64,000 nucleotides of DNA from NCBI GenBank assembly GCA_964188305.1, contig OZ076885.1. One strand, given 5' to 3'. Source of the DNA: Podarcis bocagei. Its lineage: Eukaryota. This document shows positions 38,846-52,300 of the stretch, one piece after another (position 1 is the first letter of the stretch; each line of letters opens with the position of its first letter). Both the position numbers and the translations under genes were made by a program. Below the pieces are notes generated by a model, which saw only the letters and a program-made list of their open reading frames with translations, was not told the DNA's origin and ran no database searches.

Positions 38846-40319
38846 TTTCTCCTACCAGGATGCGATGAGAGCAGAGCCTATTCTTCACTGTAGTGTTGAG
38901 ATAATCGGGGCAACCATGGGGCACATGGGTGGGGGGTGGGAGGGATATGGGGGGAAATAGGGTGCATCATAGCTTTTTATCTTGGTTCAGGCTACTTGTA
39001 GAATGGAAAGTTGAGCCCAGTACTAAATGGATTTGTTTTCCTCTGTTCCTTCAGCTTTGTCTGTGCTGTGATTGTAACAATATTGAGCCAAACCCATCCA
39101 GTGTTGACCATCAAATTAGGGTTGGTGGCAGGAATTAAGGCTGAGGAAAGGGATGGGGAGATGTTCAGGTTTTTTTGTATGCAACTCTCTAGTTTCATTA
39201 AAAAAGAATATTAAACTATAACCATTTAAGTGTCTCAATAAGCAAATGCACAGGGAAGCTGTACCTCTCTCTCACACACACTCAAGCATAAAAACATTTG
39301 AGCCTCACTAGGTACTTTCATATCACTAGAAACTTATGAGACACAGTGGAATGAAATATCAGGCTCTCACTTTCCCCTTTATGCACAATAAATTAAACTT
39401 TAAAGGGATGAGAATGTATACTGACAGACCAAAATCTGAAAGTGGGACAGACATTCCCCTTGCCATGCTAATGAGCTCCCAGTTTGGATGGGAACTTCTA
39501 GCTTGTTGTAGCGCCTGATGTTTAACTAACTGGAGGGTAATGGCAAGAATTGTAGGACACTGGAGGTTGGACCCGCTTTTATTGCAAGCAGTTCTGTGGA
39601 CCAGTTATGTTATATCTTTGGTTGTCACCAATAAGCTTTTCTCTATGTAAGTAATCCACGCAGTGGGGAATAATTTAGGGCTGCAATACAATTCAACTTC
39701 TTGGGAGTAAGCCCTTTGAAACAAGTGAGACTTCTATGTATCTTCAGTATACACTGATCAACATGCATGGAATGCACCATTACCCTCAATTGTTGATATT
39801 AGTCTACATAAGAGGTGGCCTGCTAGATTAGACCAATGTCCCATCTAGTCCAGCATCCTGTTCTAAAAGTGGCCATCCAGGTACATGCATGAAACCCTCA
39901 AGCAGGATCTGTGTGGAAATGGTTTTCTTATTTCATGTTCTGGATTTGTTCTAGATTTTATTCATGCTTTTATTCAAATCCATTCTGTGGAGAGGCATTT
40001 TTGTTTCCTCTTGCAGCAGAATGGAGGAACTGGGAATAACAGTTCCACAGATCCAAGTATCTACCATGATAGGCACCATTAAGAACACAAAATATTGTAT
40101 TTCCAGGCTTATAAGCACAAGAAGGGGTCACATGAAGCACTGTCACCAGGGATGGTTCCACTAAAATTATGTAGGTGATGGGGAGGAAAGTGGAGATGCC
40201 TTTAACTTGTCAGCAAAGAGACGGCATACCTGGTCATTGAAGCAACTGGTATGTCAGAAGAATTACTGGAAGCAATGAAAGTTTACAACTCTTTAATTCT
40301 ATGCATTTTCCCATCAGTA

Positions 40320-43300
40320 CTAGAGTTTTGTCACTCTGCTTCTCTTTTTCCAGAGTACGATCACAACAACAAACAAGATTACACCCACTAACGGCAGTGC
40401 CACCAAGCATATCAGGGCCAGATCTCCACTGGAGCTCATGTCTGTGGAAAAGAAAAGAGGCTTGCACTTATTTTGCAAGATTTATGTACAACTTAATAAA
40501 AAAAAGAAATCTTAAGTGGTTTCTATAAAGTGGTATAGATAATTTAGAAATAGCAATTAAAACTCTAAAAACAGTAAACATAATAAAACCAGTAGATTTT
40601 TAAAACGTACATGATAAAATTACAAGTTCTGAGTAGGCTTGCTCAAACAAAAACATTTTTAGCAGACATCATAAGCAGTACAGTGAAGGGTCTGCCCAAT
40701 ATCAATAGGCAATAAGTACTTGAGAACAGAACCTAGGAAGCTGCCATACACAAAGACCAAGCATTGGTCCATCCAACTCCATATTGTCTACATTGACTGG
40801 CTGCAGCTCTCCAGGGTTTTAGGCAGGGATGCTCTTCCAACCCTACCTGGAGATGCTAGGGTTTGAACCCAGAACCTTCTGCATGCAAATAAGGTCTGCT
40901 ACTGAGCTAGATCCTTCCCCAGCAAATACTGCTACATGATAAAATGTCATGCCAAGTGCAGAATGAACACTATATGGCACTTGTAAGGGTGATAGTTAGA
41001 GATCAAAGCTGGCACATTTGGGGTATGGCAGTCCTTTGCACCTCCTGAAACACATTTGTGCCATCCATGACTTCCCTAGCCAAGGACCCATGGTATGTTC
41101 TATTGGGACAAAGCTAGTAGAGTGTACTCTGGATAAAATCGCATTTGTGAGACATGGTTTATTATGTGCATGTTCAAGAACTGCAGTGGTTAGGGTAGGT
41201 GCTCACCTGAGCCCATGTTGCTGCAGCTTGTCAGCAGAAAGCAGCATGGTGAGAGCAAATGGTGTGAGTGCACTTTGCTATTGCCCCATGCCCCACTGAT
41301 AAGCCATGGTGCCACTAGCGATGGGAGGGCAGATAAATGCCACGTGCCCTGCCGAGTAGTACTCCTCACGAGCTAAAAAGTTGTGACATTGTTAGGAGGA
41401 CATTGGTAGTCAAGTTTATAATTTGTGACCCCCCACCCCAAGTTTTAGTTGGCTGCTTCAGGCATAAATCCATACAGAGTTTGTATCTTACAAAGGACTA
41501 TATATAAGATGACTGAAATTTAGTGTTGATGGCGAAACTATGTTAATACCTGTTCAAAAATATACAGCATTTTCATCATTTCAACTCACTTACTGGTCCC
41601 ATGAATTATTGCAGTGCCAACCACCAATTACCTTTCTTCCATTTGACTTGTTTATCTTGAGTCTGGCTGCTTTCTTGAAAGATCACACCTCCATAAGTGC
41701 TTACTAGGTCCAAGGTTTCTGTCCCATTGCCCGTCTTCAGAAACCGACGACTTCCTAAAAAGGGAGTTGGAGAAGGAAAGGTATAAACTCTACTAGGCCA
41801 CCTTGTGCCATATACAATTTTGAAGGTAAGAAGGAAAAGGAGCACCGCATTGATCATATTGTTAGAGCTGGAAGCCTGCAGGAGGGCTATGCCCTAGAAG
41901 CCCATTTATACACTCAATGACTAGAGACAGATACAACCCTTTACAAAAAAAGTATTTGCATTCTGAATGCTTTACCCCAGTAAAGAACCAGAGCCAGAGC
42001 CCTACACATCAGGACTGAAGCTTTATTGGGGGGGGGGAGGAGTGTTGCTGAGCCCCAGCATCACATCAGCAGGCCAGCACTGCTAAGTGGAAAGATTCTG
42101 CTGAGATGGAACTTCATTTGAGGTTAGGAGTCAGAGCACCTGGTTGTTGGAGTGTCCTTGTAGATGGGCTATTAGAATTGGTGGTATGTGCCAGCAGCCT
42201 ATTTTCAAGGTTTGTGAAGAGAGGAAATATGCTGTTAAAAATAGCACATAAGAGCCACTTGAACAGGGAGTGTGTTTATCAGGTACCTATTCATTCTTTG
42301 TCTCTAGTTGCAGCCCATCAGCTCTTAGTGCTCTGCATTTATGCCCCCAGTTCCAAGTTCAGTACCAAGATCTATTTTTGTTTACTAGTCATGGGCAGTA
42401 AGTACCAGTTGTGCATGCTGGAAATACTGGTGGCAACCTATCTGGATTCAAATAAGCCTTTTACGGTACGACAGCAAAGCCGTTTGGACTTACTTGCAGC
42501 CACTGGCATTTGACACGTGTTCCTGCAGGGCTGCAGGTGAGAGGGGTGGCAGACAGACACACTGCAGAAGAGGTACACCTAGGAAAGACATTGCATTAGA
42601 TAAGCTTGCTAGCAGAGGAGTCAACCCAAGTCTTCCAAGATATTTTAATAAAATCCTCATGGTCATTGACGTAAACATTTACAAAGTACATTATCTCCTT
42701 ACAGTTAAGGCATAATTCTAAATGCGCATTAATGGGAGTGGGAGGGGAACCTCTGGCCCACGGACCTAATCTTTAAGCTTGCCAAGCCTCCTAGTTTTGC
42801 CCTACTGCCGCTCACCTGACAAGTGAGGGACATGTAAAACATGCAGCAAAGGAACATTAAGAGTGTTCTCCTGACGGTTCCTTTGCCAGCATGGCTTGCA
42901 TTCAAGTAGAATTAAATTAAACACCATTTCAATTTGGCACCGAATGCAAGCTATGGTGCCTAGGGTCAGAACCACTCAGGGACTCTTGACTGCAGCTTAC
43001 AGGGGGATCAGATATCTGCCCAGAGCAAGATAGCTTGCATTTTGAGATAAATTTAAACAGCTGAATTCAGCATTCATCCTACTTCTGCTCATGTGCCACA
43101 GAGCACCTGACTGAAGCTCATGGACCACTTAAGGTCTGCAGACCACAATTTCGGAGCCCTTACTCGAGCTCAGCTGCAGTAGGAATCCTGTCTCTTACCA
43201 ATCCATCCAGCACCATATAATGGGCAGAATCCACAAATGTAAATGTAGCAATGGTGAAACGCTGGTAATGGTCTGGAAACTGCAGCTGAGACGTGGCAGG

Positions 43301-46300
43301 CCCCATAGGAACCATCTGGGTTCTGTAGTTATCGCCTTCAAATGGGCACCTAGGGAAGAGAGGCATTGCCATTTGAGCAGAGAACAGTAGGTGGCCATCC
43401 ATAGAGAGAAACCAGCAGAATTCCTCCTTCCTACTTAACTCACCCATCTATCAGAATTGGCCACTGCAGCTTCTCAAGGGGGTTAGGGGTCGGAGTGGCC
43501 CAGCATTCATGCAGAACCAGAACCAAGGACGGGTCCATTCTCTGCAGGACGCGAACCTCCACATACACAGGGTCTCTCAGTATCTTCACCACAGGATAGT
43601 CTGCATCCGCATAGTAGGAGCTGTAACTGTAGTCTGGGTGCAAGAGGCAAAGCGAAAGTTAGCACCTACATGGGACTTCAGAGGGAGCACTGTTGGAACC
43701 AGAAGCTTTGGAAGCACACCTACCTGTAGCAATACGCAGTTCAAACCGGAGAGGCCCCATCTCGATAACCGGAGCAGGTGTGGGAGGAAAGAAGACTTCA
43801 ACCTGAACTGGCAAGAAGTCAGTGGCGTTGTAGATGCAGCGAGTATTGAGGCTGCATATGGAAGACAGGACAGCGGAATGATGCATAGTCTTGCCATGTT
43901 CAGTAGCCTTGTCACATATCTGAAGTTCTCAAAAGATTCTTACGTTTTCCTGGCCACTTAGGCAGCACATCTTTTTTGATGCGTATATCCCTGTTAACAC
44001 CTCTTTCAAACAATACTGGATGTGACTTAAATTACTGTCTTACAAAAGCACTGTTGATTGAAACCACACTTTTAAAAAAACCACACTTTTCCTCCACGTC
44101 TCATTTTTGAAGCAAGATTCCTCACTTGAGCACCTGAATGATTGTGCTTATGCACCTGAAAAGTAGTTTGCAACCAACAGCTGTTACCCTACTGGAAAAT
44201 CCAAATTACAGTTGTATCTTGGAACTCGAGCGTCTGCTGCAGCTTCTGATTGGCTGCAGGAACTTTCTGCAGCCAATTGGAAGCCACACCTTGGTTTCTG
44301 AACATTTTGGAAGTCAAATGGACTTCAAGAACAGATTCCGTTCGACTTCAACAGATACCTACGTATAGAAGACTGCTATTCAAGCTTAGCGGTGATAGGA
44401 ACAGTAGGCCTGCCCTGATTAGGACCAGCATGACGCCTCTTAGACATAGTCTAGAGAGCAACCACCACCTCAGTAATGCGTGGGAGAGATCAACTTACAT
44501 GAAGGTGCTGTCCCGGGTAATAAAACCATCTGGCCCCCTTAAGATTTCAACACCCGAAACCAACTGGTTTTCATATATCAGTCTGCCACCAGTCATCTAG
44601 GAAGGAACAGCAGCACATGTATAATTCTTTTTATCAAGCTTCAAGGTCCAGATGAAGGGACACTCGCCTAAGATGCGTCCTCACCTGAATCGTCGTACCA
44701 CAGTGTGTGAGAGGGAAGTGGAAGACCAAGAAAGACTCCGTTTTTCTGACAGGGTCACATCCTCCTTGGGCATAGGACAGTTTGACACTGTCAAGGAAGA
44801 TGGGGTAGTCCAACATATCCCTGGAGACAACCAGAATGAAGTGGCCATCTCGAAGGCATTGGACAGTGACTGCAAAGCACAAACACAAGAGTCACAAGCT
44901 GGAATTTGCCATCTTTTGCAGAACCTGAAACTTAAGTTTCAAAAGAAATATGAGCTTTCTGTCTTCTTGCACAAATCTGGGGCAGGCTCTATTCGGATTA
45001 AGGGGAGAACTTCATTTTTCAGCTGCCCTAAAATGTCAGGAGACAAGTTCTCTATTTGCTGCTAAGTCACACAATTCCTATTAGGAAATGCTCACAGGAC
45101 TTGGTTTCTCCATATGAATCAATATACAATTGACACTGCCAGTAGAGGAAGAATTGGTTTCCAGGGACAGAGAGAGCCCTAACCGTGACAGCTCTAGATA
45201 CTGTGAACCTGCAGCATGAGCCCAGGTTCACAGGTTGCACCATAGCCATATTAAGCTGTCCACTGAATTGCAACATCACATTTCTCCAGACGATGGACAT
45301 GCAATGGTACACAATTTGTTTTCAGAATTTTATACCTTCAGACATCGCTTTGTACACCAGCTTGTTAAAGTTATACACACAGCAGTGTTACAATTGCACC
45401 ATTGCCCACCGAAAAATAAAAATAAAATTAGTCCTTCAAGGGGGGAAAAACAGCAGATACAGGAGACAAGAAAGGGGAAAGAACAATAAAAAATATTCTT
45501 CAAATCCCTTCCCTCAGGATATGGTCTCCATATCCTGCCATGCCTATGTGTGGAAGGTACTGTTTTATGTTTTTCTGAGATGGACCATGGCTTTCTGTGT
45601 TTGGGAGGCAAGAGGAGGGGTAGAATCTGGAATTTGGAGGCAACTCTCCCCCTCTGTCTATCTGGCTGTTTTTGGCCCTGGTGAGATGCTCCTCAGAGGG
45701 GTGGTGGTTCTCTGGTGGGGTAACCACACACAATTTTTGAAAATGTGTCTTTGGCAAAATGGGTAAAAAACCCCACATGCTGTTCAATTAATTAACAACA
45801 ACCCCACACATTTGGGCTACTGTGAAACATGCTTGTTTGGTAGAGGTCTGTTGTTGCACAATTTCACAGACAAAATATTTGTTTATAAAATATCTGCATG
45901 CATGCCCCAAATGACCTGAGATTTCTAGAGCTTCCAGAGAATGAATGAATCTTTATTTGCATCAGCCACCAGCCATAGCAATAAAACATACAATACGATA
46001 TACAAAGGGAGCAGGAAGTAGAAACAGAGGGAACCCCATTCCACAGCACAAATGAATCCCTTCAAGCAGAGTTTAGAACCCTGAAGAGCCTGGAATGGGA
46101 AGGTAACTCAAAGTAACCCCAGCTAGCATGGTACCCCACTTAATAAGGACCAATTTAGATGTTCTTATTGTGCAGTCATGATGATTTACACTCATGATGC
46201 TACTGGAGCAGTCACATGCAGCCCAGCTTTCAATACTATTTGTGCCAAACAAAAATGTTTGGGGGGGGGGGTAGACAGTCATACTGCTTCATTTGCAATC

Positions 46301-49300
46301 ATTGCATGTCCTATAAATTCCTGTTGAAATCCCGGGTCTCTCTTCATACCATAAATGTTATGAGTTTTGTTGCTGCTTTATAGGCCCCTCCAGACAGCAA
46401 TAATGTGGTAGCATCAGGGAAGCACCACAAAGCAACATGAAACCATCACTAGTGCACTATTATTGTGTCAATAACATGTTACAAAATACACCCGCAATAA
46501 AAGACTAGCCTGGAGGAGCCTTTAAGCAGTACTATACAGTGGTACCTCTGGATGCGAACGGGATCTGTTCTGGAGCCCCATTCGCATCCAGAAGCGAACA
46601 CAATCCGCGTCCGCGGGTGCACGGGTCGCAATTTGCCGCTTCCACGCATGTGTGATGTCATTTTGACTGCATGTGCAAGCGGCGAAACCCGGAAGTAACG
46701 CGCTCCATTACTTCCCCGAAAACACTTATCCCGAAGCTACTTCAACCCGAGGTATGACTGTATAGTATCCTGGTTCGTGATGCTTTGAACTGTGCTGGAT
46801 ACATATTCATCCTGCTAGCCTCTGGATTCTCAGCAGTAGCCAGCACAAGATAGAATCCCAGTGTGGCTTTTAGTGTCAGGTGTATTGAACTCAGCATGGC
46901 TGGGAGTTCATCTGTAGGAGTTTTTAAACCATGATACTGGAGAGGAGTAGTTAGAGTGCTTTGCTCCTCCCCCCAGCCAACCTGCTGTGCTACCTGGAGC
47001 TACGCCATGATTTTGCTTAGCATGACATCTAAATGCAGGCTCATGGTTTCTATTGATCTAGAGAAGACACAAGCGGTAGCCAAGGTTTGTTCCTGGCTTG
47101 CTGCCTGTGGGTTGGGGCAAACCATGAGCCCTGGTTCAGATGCAATGCTAAGCCAAAAGCCATGATTCAGTAGCAGCAGAACAACTAGGGAAGGAGTGAA
47201 TTGGCTGCATTTTTTTACTGTGAACAACCGCTTATACATCCATGCTTAGCCATTGTTTGGTTTAGCATTATATGCAAACCGGGCTATTATTTCCTTAGTA
47301 CAAGAGATAAGTCCCCTTGGTAAATGAATCATTACCATGGTTGCCAGCCTAATTCACCACCAGCACGCCAGACAATTAGCAGGAAACTAAAAGAAACAAA
47401 GTATTTTGCCCTTTACCTGTGTTGCCATAGTAACATGGAGTAGTTTGGTCCCTCTCATCATAACAGCATCCAGTCTGGTAACATTCAGCTTGTCCTAGTG
47501 AACCTGCACAGGGAATCTTTCCAGATGAAACCTGGCACTGCTCCTGCGTTAGAGGAGAACCTGGGAGGGCAAGAAAAGAGCTACAGCGTTACCTGGAGCA
47601 TGATAAAGTATGCCCTATTAGGACTGGCTAGCATGCCACGTTAAGCCAGATTTTAAAATAAGCAATAGCTTGATGTGAATGCGTAGTGGGTCAGTCCCGG
47701 CAATGAACAAGTGGGAAAGCAAGAACAAATATTTTTTTGTGTCCAATGAATCATTAAAGGAAGTAGAATGCTCTTTTTAAAGGAACTAAAGGTCTCTCCT
47801 AGAAGCTTATCAGATATTCAGAGGCAGAAATAGATCACATTCTTCATATACTTGAATCCATGCTTCATCCTTGCCCATGTGGTATAAATATAACACAGTT
47901 TCCCTGACACTCCATATGCGGAATTAGTATGCAATACTAAATCAAGAAAGTCGATGATCAATCAATAGTCTGAATTTTATGAAGAACAACTATTACACAA
48001 TACCCATTACTATTACACAATACCCATCAGTATTATTTACTTAGTTCAGAATGCTTCTGTTTTACTTAACAGCACAGATCACAGAGTTGTGCTTAATGAT
48101 AACATAGCAAAATGATCACATACCTATACTGTAGAGGCCAGAAGGGTGCATGAGGCCAGGATAGAGAGGAGGCACTGGTTGCACAAGGCCGGGCTGAGGC
48201 AGCGGGCGCACTTGGCCAGGCTGAGGCTGAGGAAGCGGGCGCACTTGGCCGGGCTGAGGCTGAGGCATTGCGTGCCCTTGGCCAGGCTGAGGCTGAGGCA
48301 GCGGGCGCACTTGGCCGGGCTGAGGCAGTGGGCGCACTTGACCAGGCTGAGGCTGCACTTCACCAGGCTGAGGCTGAGGCCATGGGTGCACTTGGCCAGG
48401 CTGCGGCGGAGGCCGTGGGCGCACCAGGCCGGGCTGAGGTTGAGGCTGAGGCAGCGGGCGCACTAGGCCGGGCTGAGGTTGAGGCAGCGGGTGCACTTGG
48501 CCGGGCTGAGGTTGAGGCAGTGGGCGCAGTTGGCCGGGCTGAGGCAGTGGGTGCACTTGACCAGGCTGAGGCTGCACTTCACCAGGCTGAGGTTGAGGCC
48601 ATGGGTGCGCTTGGCCGGGCTGCGGCGGAGGCTGTGGGCGCACCAGGCCAGGCTGCGGCTGAGGTTGAGGCAGCGGGTGCACTTGGCCGGGCTGAGGTTG
48701 AGGCTGAGGCAGCGGGCGCACTTGGCCGGGCTGAGGTTGAGGCAGCGGGTGCACTTGGCTGGGCTGAGGTTGAGGCTGAGGCAGCGGGCGCACTAGGCCG
48801 GGCTGAGGTTGAGGCAGCGGGTGCACTTGGCTGGGCTGAGGTTGAGGCTGAGGCAGCGGGCGCACTAGGCCGGGCTGAGGTTGAGGCAGCGGGTGCACTT
48901 GGCCGGGCTGAGGTTGAGGCTGAGGCAGCGGGCGCACTAGGCCAGGCTGAGGTTGAGGCAGCGGGTGCACTTGGCCGGGCTGAGGTTGAGGCAGCGGGTG
49001 CACTTGGCCGGGCTGAGGTAATGGGCGCACTTGGCCAGGCTGAGGCTGAGGCTGAGGCAGCGGGTGCACTTGGCCAGGCTGAGGCTGTGGCAGCGGGCGC
49101 ACTTGACCAGGCTGAGGCTGCCCTTGACCAGGCTGAGGTTGAGGCCATGGGTGCGCTTGGCCAGGCTGCGGCTGAGGCCGTGGGCGCACCAGGCCGGGCT
49201 GCGGCTGCACTTCGCCTGGCTGAGGCTGAGGCCATGGGTGTCCTTGGCTGGGCAGCGGCTGAGGCAGTGGGTGCACCTGGCCGGGCTGAGGCTGAGGTTG

Positions 49301-52300
49301 AGGCAGCGGGCGCACTAGGCCGGGCTGAGGTTGAGGCAGCGGGCGCACTTGGCCGGGCTGAGGCTGAGGTTGAGGCAGCGGGCGCACTTGGCCGGGCTGA
49401 GGCTGAGGTTGAGGCAGCGGGTGCACTTGCCCGGGCTGAGGCTGAGGCAGCGGGTGCACTTGCCCGGGCTGAGGTTGAGGTTGAGGCAGCGGGCGAACTA
49501 GGCCGGGCTGAGGCTGAGGTTGAGGCAGCGGGCGCACTAGGCCGGGCTGAGGCTGAGGTTGAGGCAGCGGGCGCACTTGGCCGGGCTGAGGCTGAGGTTG
49601 AGGCAGCGGGCGCACTAGGCCGGGCTGAGGCTGAGGTTGAGGCAGTGGGCGCACTTGGCCGGGCTGAGGCTGAGGTTGAGGCAGCGGGTGCACTTGGCCG
49701 GGCTGAGGCTGAGGCAGCGGGTGCACTTGCCCGGGCTGAGGCTGAGGTTGAGGCAGCGGGCGAACTAGGCCGGGCTGAGGCTGAGGTTGAGGCAGCGGGT
49801 GCACCTGGCCGGGCTGAGGCTGAGGCAGCGGGTGCACTTGGCCGGGCCGAGGCTGAGGCAGCGGGTGCACTTGGCCGGGCTGAGGCTGAGGTTGAGGCAG
49901 CGGGCGCACTAGGCCGGGCTGAGGCTGAGGTTGAGGCAGCGGGCGCACTTGGCCGGGCTGAGGCTGAGGTTGAGGCAGCGGGCGCACTAGGCCGGGCTGA
50001 GGCTGAGGTTGAGGCAGCGGGCGCACTTGGCCGGGCTGAGGCTGAGGTTGAGGCAGCGGGCGCACTAGGCCGGGCTGAGGCTGAGGTTGAGGCAGCGGGC
50101 GCACTTGGCCGGGCTGAGGCTGAGGTTGAGGCAGCAGGTGCACTAGGCCGGGCTGAGGCTGAGGCAGCGGGTGCACTTGCCCGGGCTGAGGAAGAGGTTG
50201 AGGCAGCGGGCGCACTAGGCCGGGCTGAGGCTGAGGTTGAGGCAGCGGGTGCACTTGGCCGGGCTGAGGCAGCGGGTGCACTTGGCCGGGCTGAGGCTGA
50301 GGCTGAGGCAGTGGGCGCACTTGACCAGGCTGAGGCTGAGGCAGTGGGCGCACTTGGCCGGGCTGAGGCTGAGGTTGAGGCAGCGGGTGCACATGGCCGG
50401 GCTGAGGATGAGGCAGTGGGTGCACTTGGCCAGGCTGAGGCTGCGGCTGTACTTCACCGGGTTGAGGCTGAGGCTGAGGCAGTGGGTGCACTTGCCCAGG
50501 CTGAGGCTGAGGCAGCGGGCGCACTTGGCCGGGCTGAGGCTGCGGCTGTATTTCGCCGGGTTGAGGCTGAGGCTGAGGCAGTGGGCGCACTAGGCCGGGC
50601 TGAGGGTGAGGCAGCGGGTGCACATGGCCAGGCTGAGGCAGCGGGCGCACTTGGCCAGGCTGAGGCTGCGGCCATGGGTGCACTTGGCCAGGCTGTGGCT
50701 GAGGCAGTGGGCGCACTAGGCCGGGCTGAGGTTGAGGCAGTGGGCGCACAAGGCCGGGCTGAGGCTGAGGTTGAGGCAGCGGGCGCACTTGGCCGGGCTG
50801 AGGCTGAGGCAGTGGGTGTATTTGGCCAGGCTGAGGCAGCGGGCGCACTAGGCCCGGCTGAGGCTGAGGCAGTGGGTGCACTTGGCCAGGCTGAGGCAGC
50901 AGGTGCACTTGGCCGGGCTGAGGCAGCGGGTGCACTTGGCCGGGCTGAGGCAGCGGGCGCACTTGGCCGGGCTGAGGCTGAGGCAGTGGGTGCACTTGGC
51001 CAGGCTGAGGCAGTGGGCGCACTAGGCCGGGCTGAGGCTGTGGCAGCGGGTGTACTTGGCCGGGCTGAGGCTGAGGCTGTACTTTGCCAGGCTGAGGCTG
51101 AGGCAGTGGGCGCACTTGGCCTGGCTGAGGCCACGGGTGCACTATGCCAGGCTGGGGCTCTGGGCGTATCAGGCTAGGTACTGGATGCTCTAAGCCAGGC
51201 TGGGGCTTAGGCTGGGGCTGCGGGCGCAACTGGCCAGGCTGAGGTTGAGGCTGTGGGCGCACTATGCCAGGTTGGGTTTCTGGGCGTATTAGTCCAGGCT
51301 GCGGTCGCACTATGCCAGGTTGGGTTTCTGGGCGTATTAGGCCAGGCACTGGACGCTCTCGGTCAGGCTGGGGCTGAGGTTGTGGGCGCACCTGGCTGGG
51401 CCAAGGCTGAGGCAGTGGGAACTCTAGGCCAGGCTGGGAATGAGGCAGAGGGCGCGCCGCGCCAGGCTGGGGCTGAGGCACATGACGCATGTTGTCCTCT
51501 GGTGCTGGGACATATTCTTGTGGCTTGGGGCATATTATGTTGACATCATGGGAGACAACAACTCTTCTGTTGCTTGTTAGTTCCTCTATCCGGACTTTCA
51601 AGTTATTGCTGTTATCCTGCAAGATGCATTGAACCAGAATGTTATAGAGTAGTTGCAAGTTTCTGACACATTGATGAGTCAGGACGGATATAGAATACTG
51701 AGGTTTTAGAGTCAAATACCAATGTACCTGTTACAAGGCATTATCATAGTCTTGCTATGACATATGAATCTTGTTTTGATAATAAATTTAAATTTATTTG
51801 GCCGAATACCGACTAAGCTAGTGTACTGGATTGCTAGGTACCAGGTGAAAAGCATCCTCCTAAAACATCTAAAAGCTCATCTTAAATGTCTATACAACAG
51901 AGCTAATTTTCCTGACAGAGGATTTCTGCTGCAGTAGTTGGCCAAGATGATGGGCAGGATACAACTAAGCGGTGTGCATGGCATGAGGTCCAATTACTCA
52001 ACAGGACTTTGCCTGCGCTCCTTCCCCTCGTGGATCTTGTTCCCCTTGGGCTTCACTGAGTTCTACACCCTGGTTTTAGGCTGTTCAGTTCTCTACTGCA
52101 CATGTTGCTATACTTTGGAAGACAATTCTACCCTTTCTTATACTTGGACTTTCTGCATAGCCAGCTATTTGCAAAATCACTAAAGCAAAAATCAGAAGTG
52201 ACCAGGGAACCTGGTGAACCTGTGCCTCTCAAATGTTGCTAGGTTCCAGAGGTAGCTATAAATGTAAAAACTAAACCCAGCCAGCATGTCTGATGGAAAC

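Noticed and set aside
48268-51177. 969-aa Ala/Glu/Gly-rich ORF on the + strand (and other ORFs overlapping the ZP1 repeat)
   Set aside because: Antisense shadow of the ZP1 coding minisatellite. The repeat unit has no stop in that frame, the start is non-ATG, and there is no promoter or splice support.
48170-51480. CRISPR-like appearance of the regular repeats
   Set aside because: No unique spacers and no cas genes; it is a eukaryotic coding tandem repeat.
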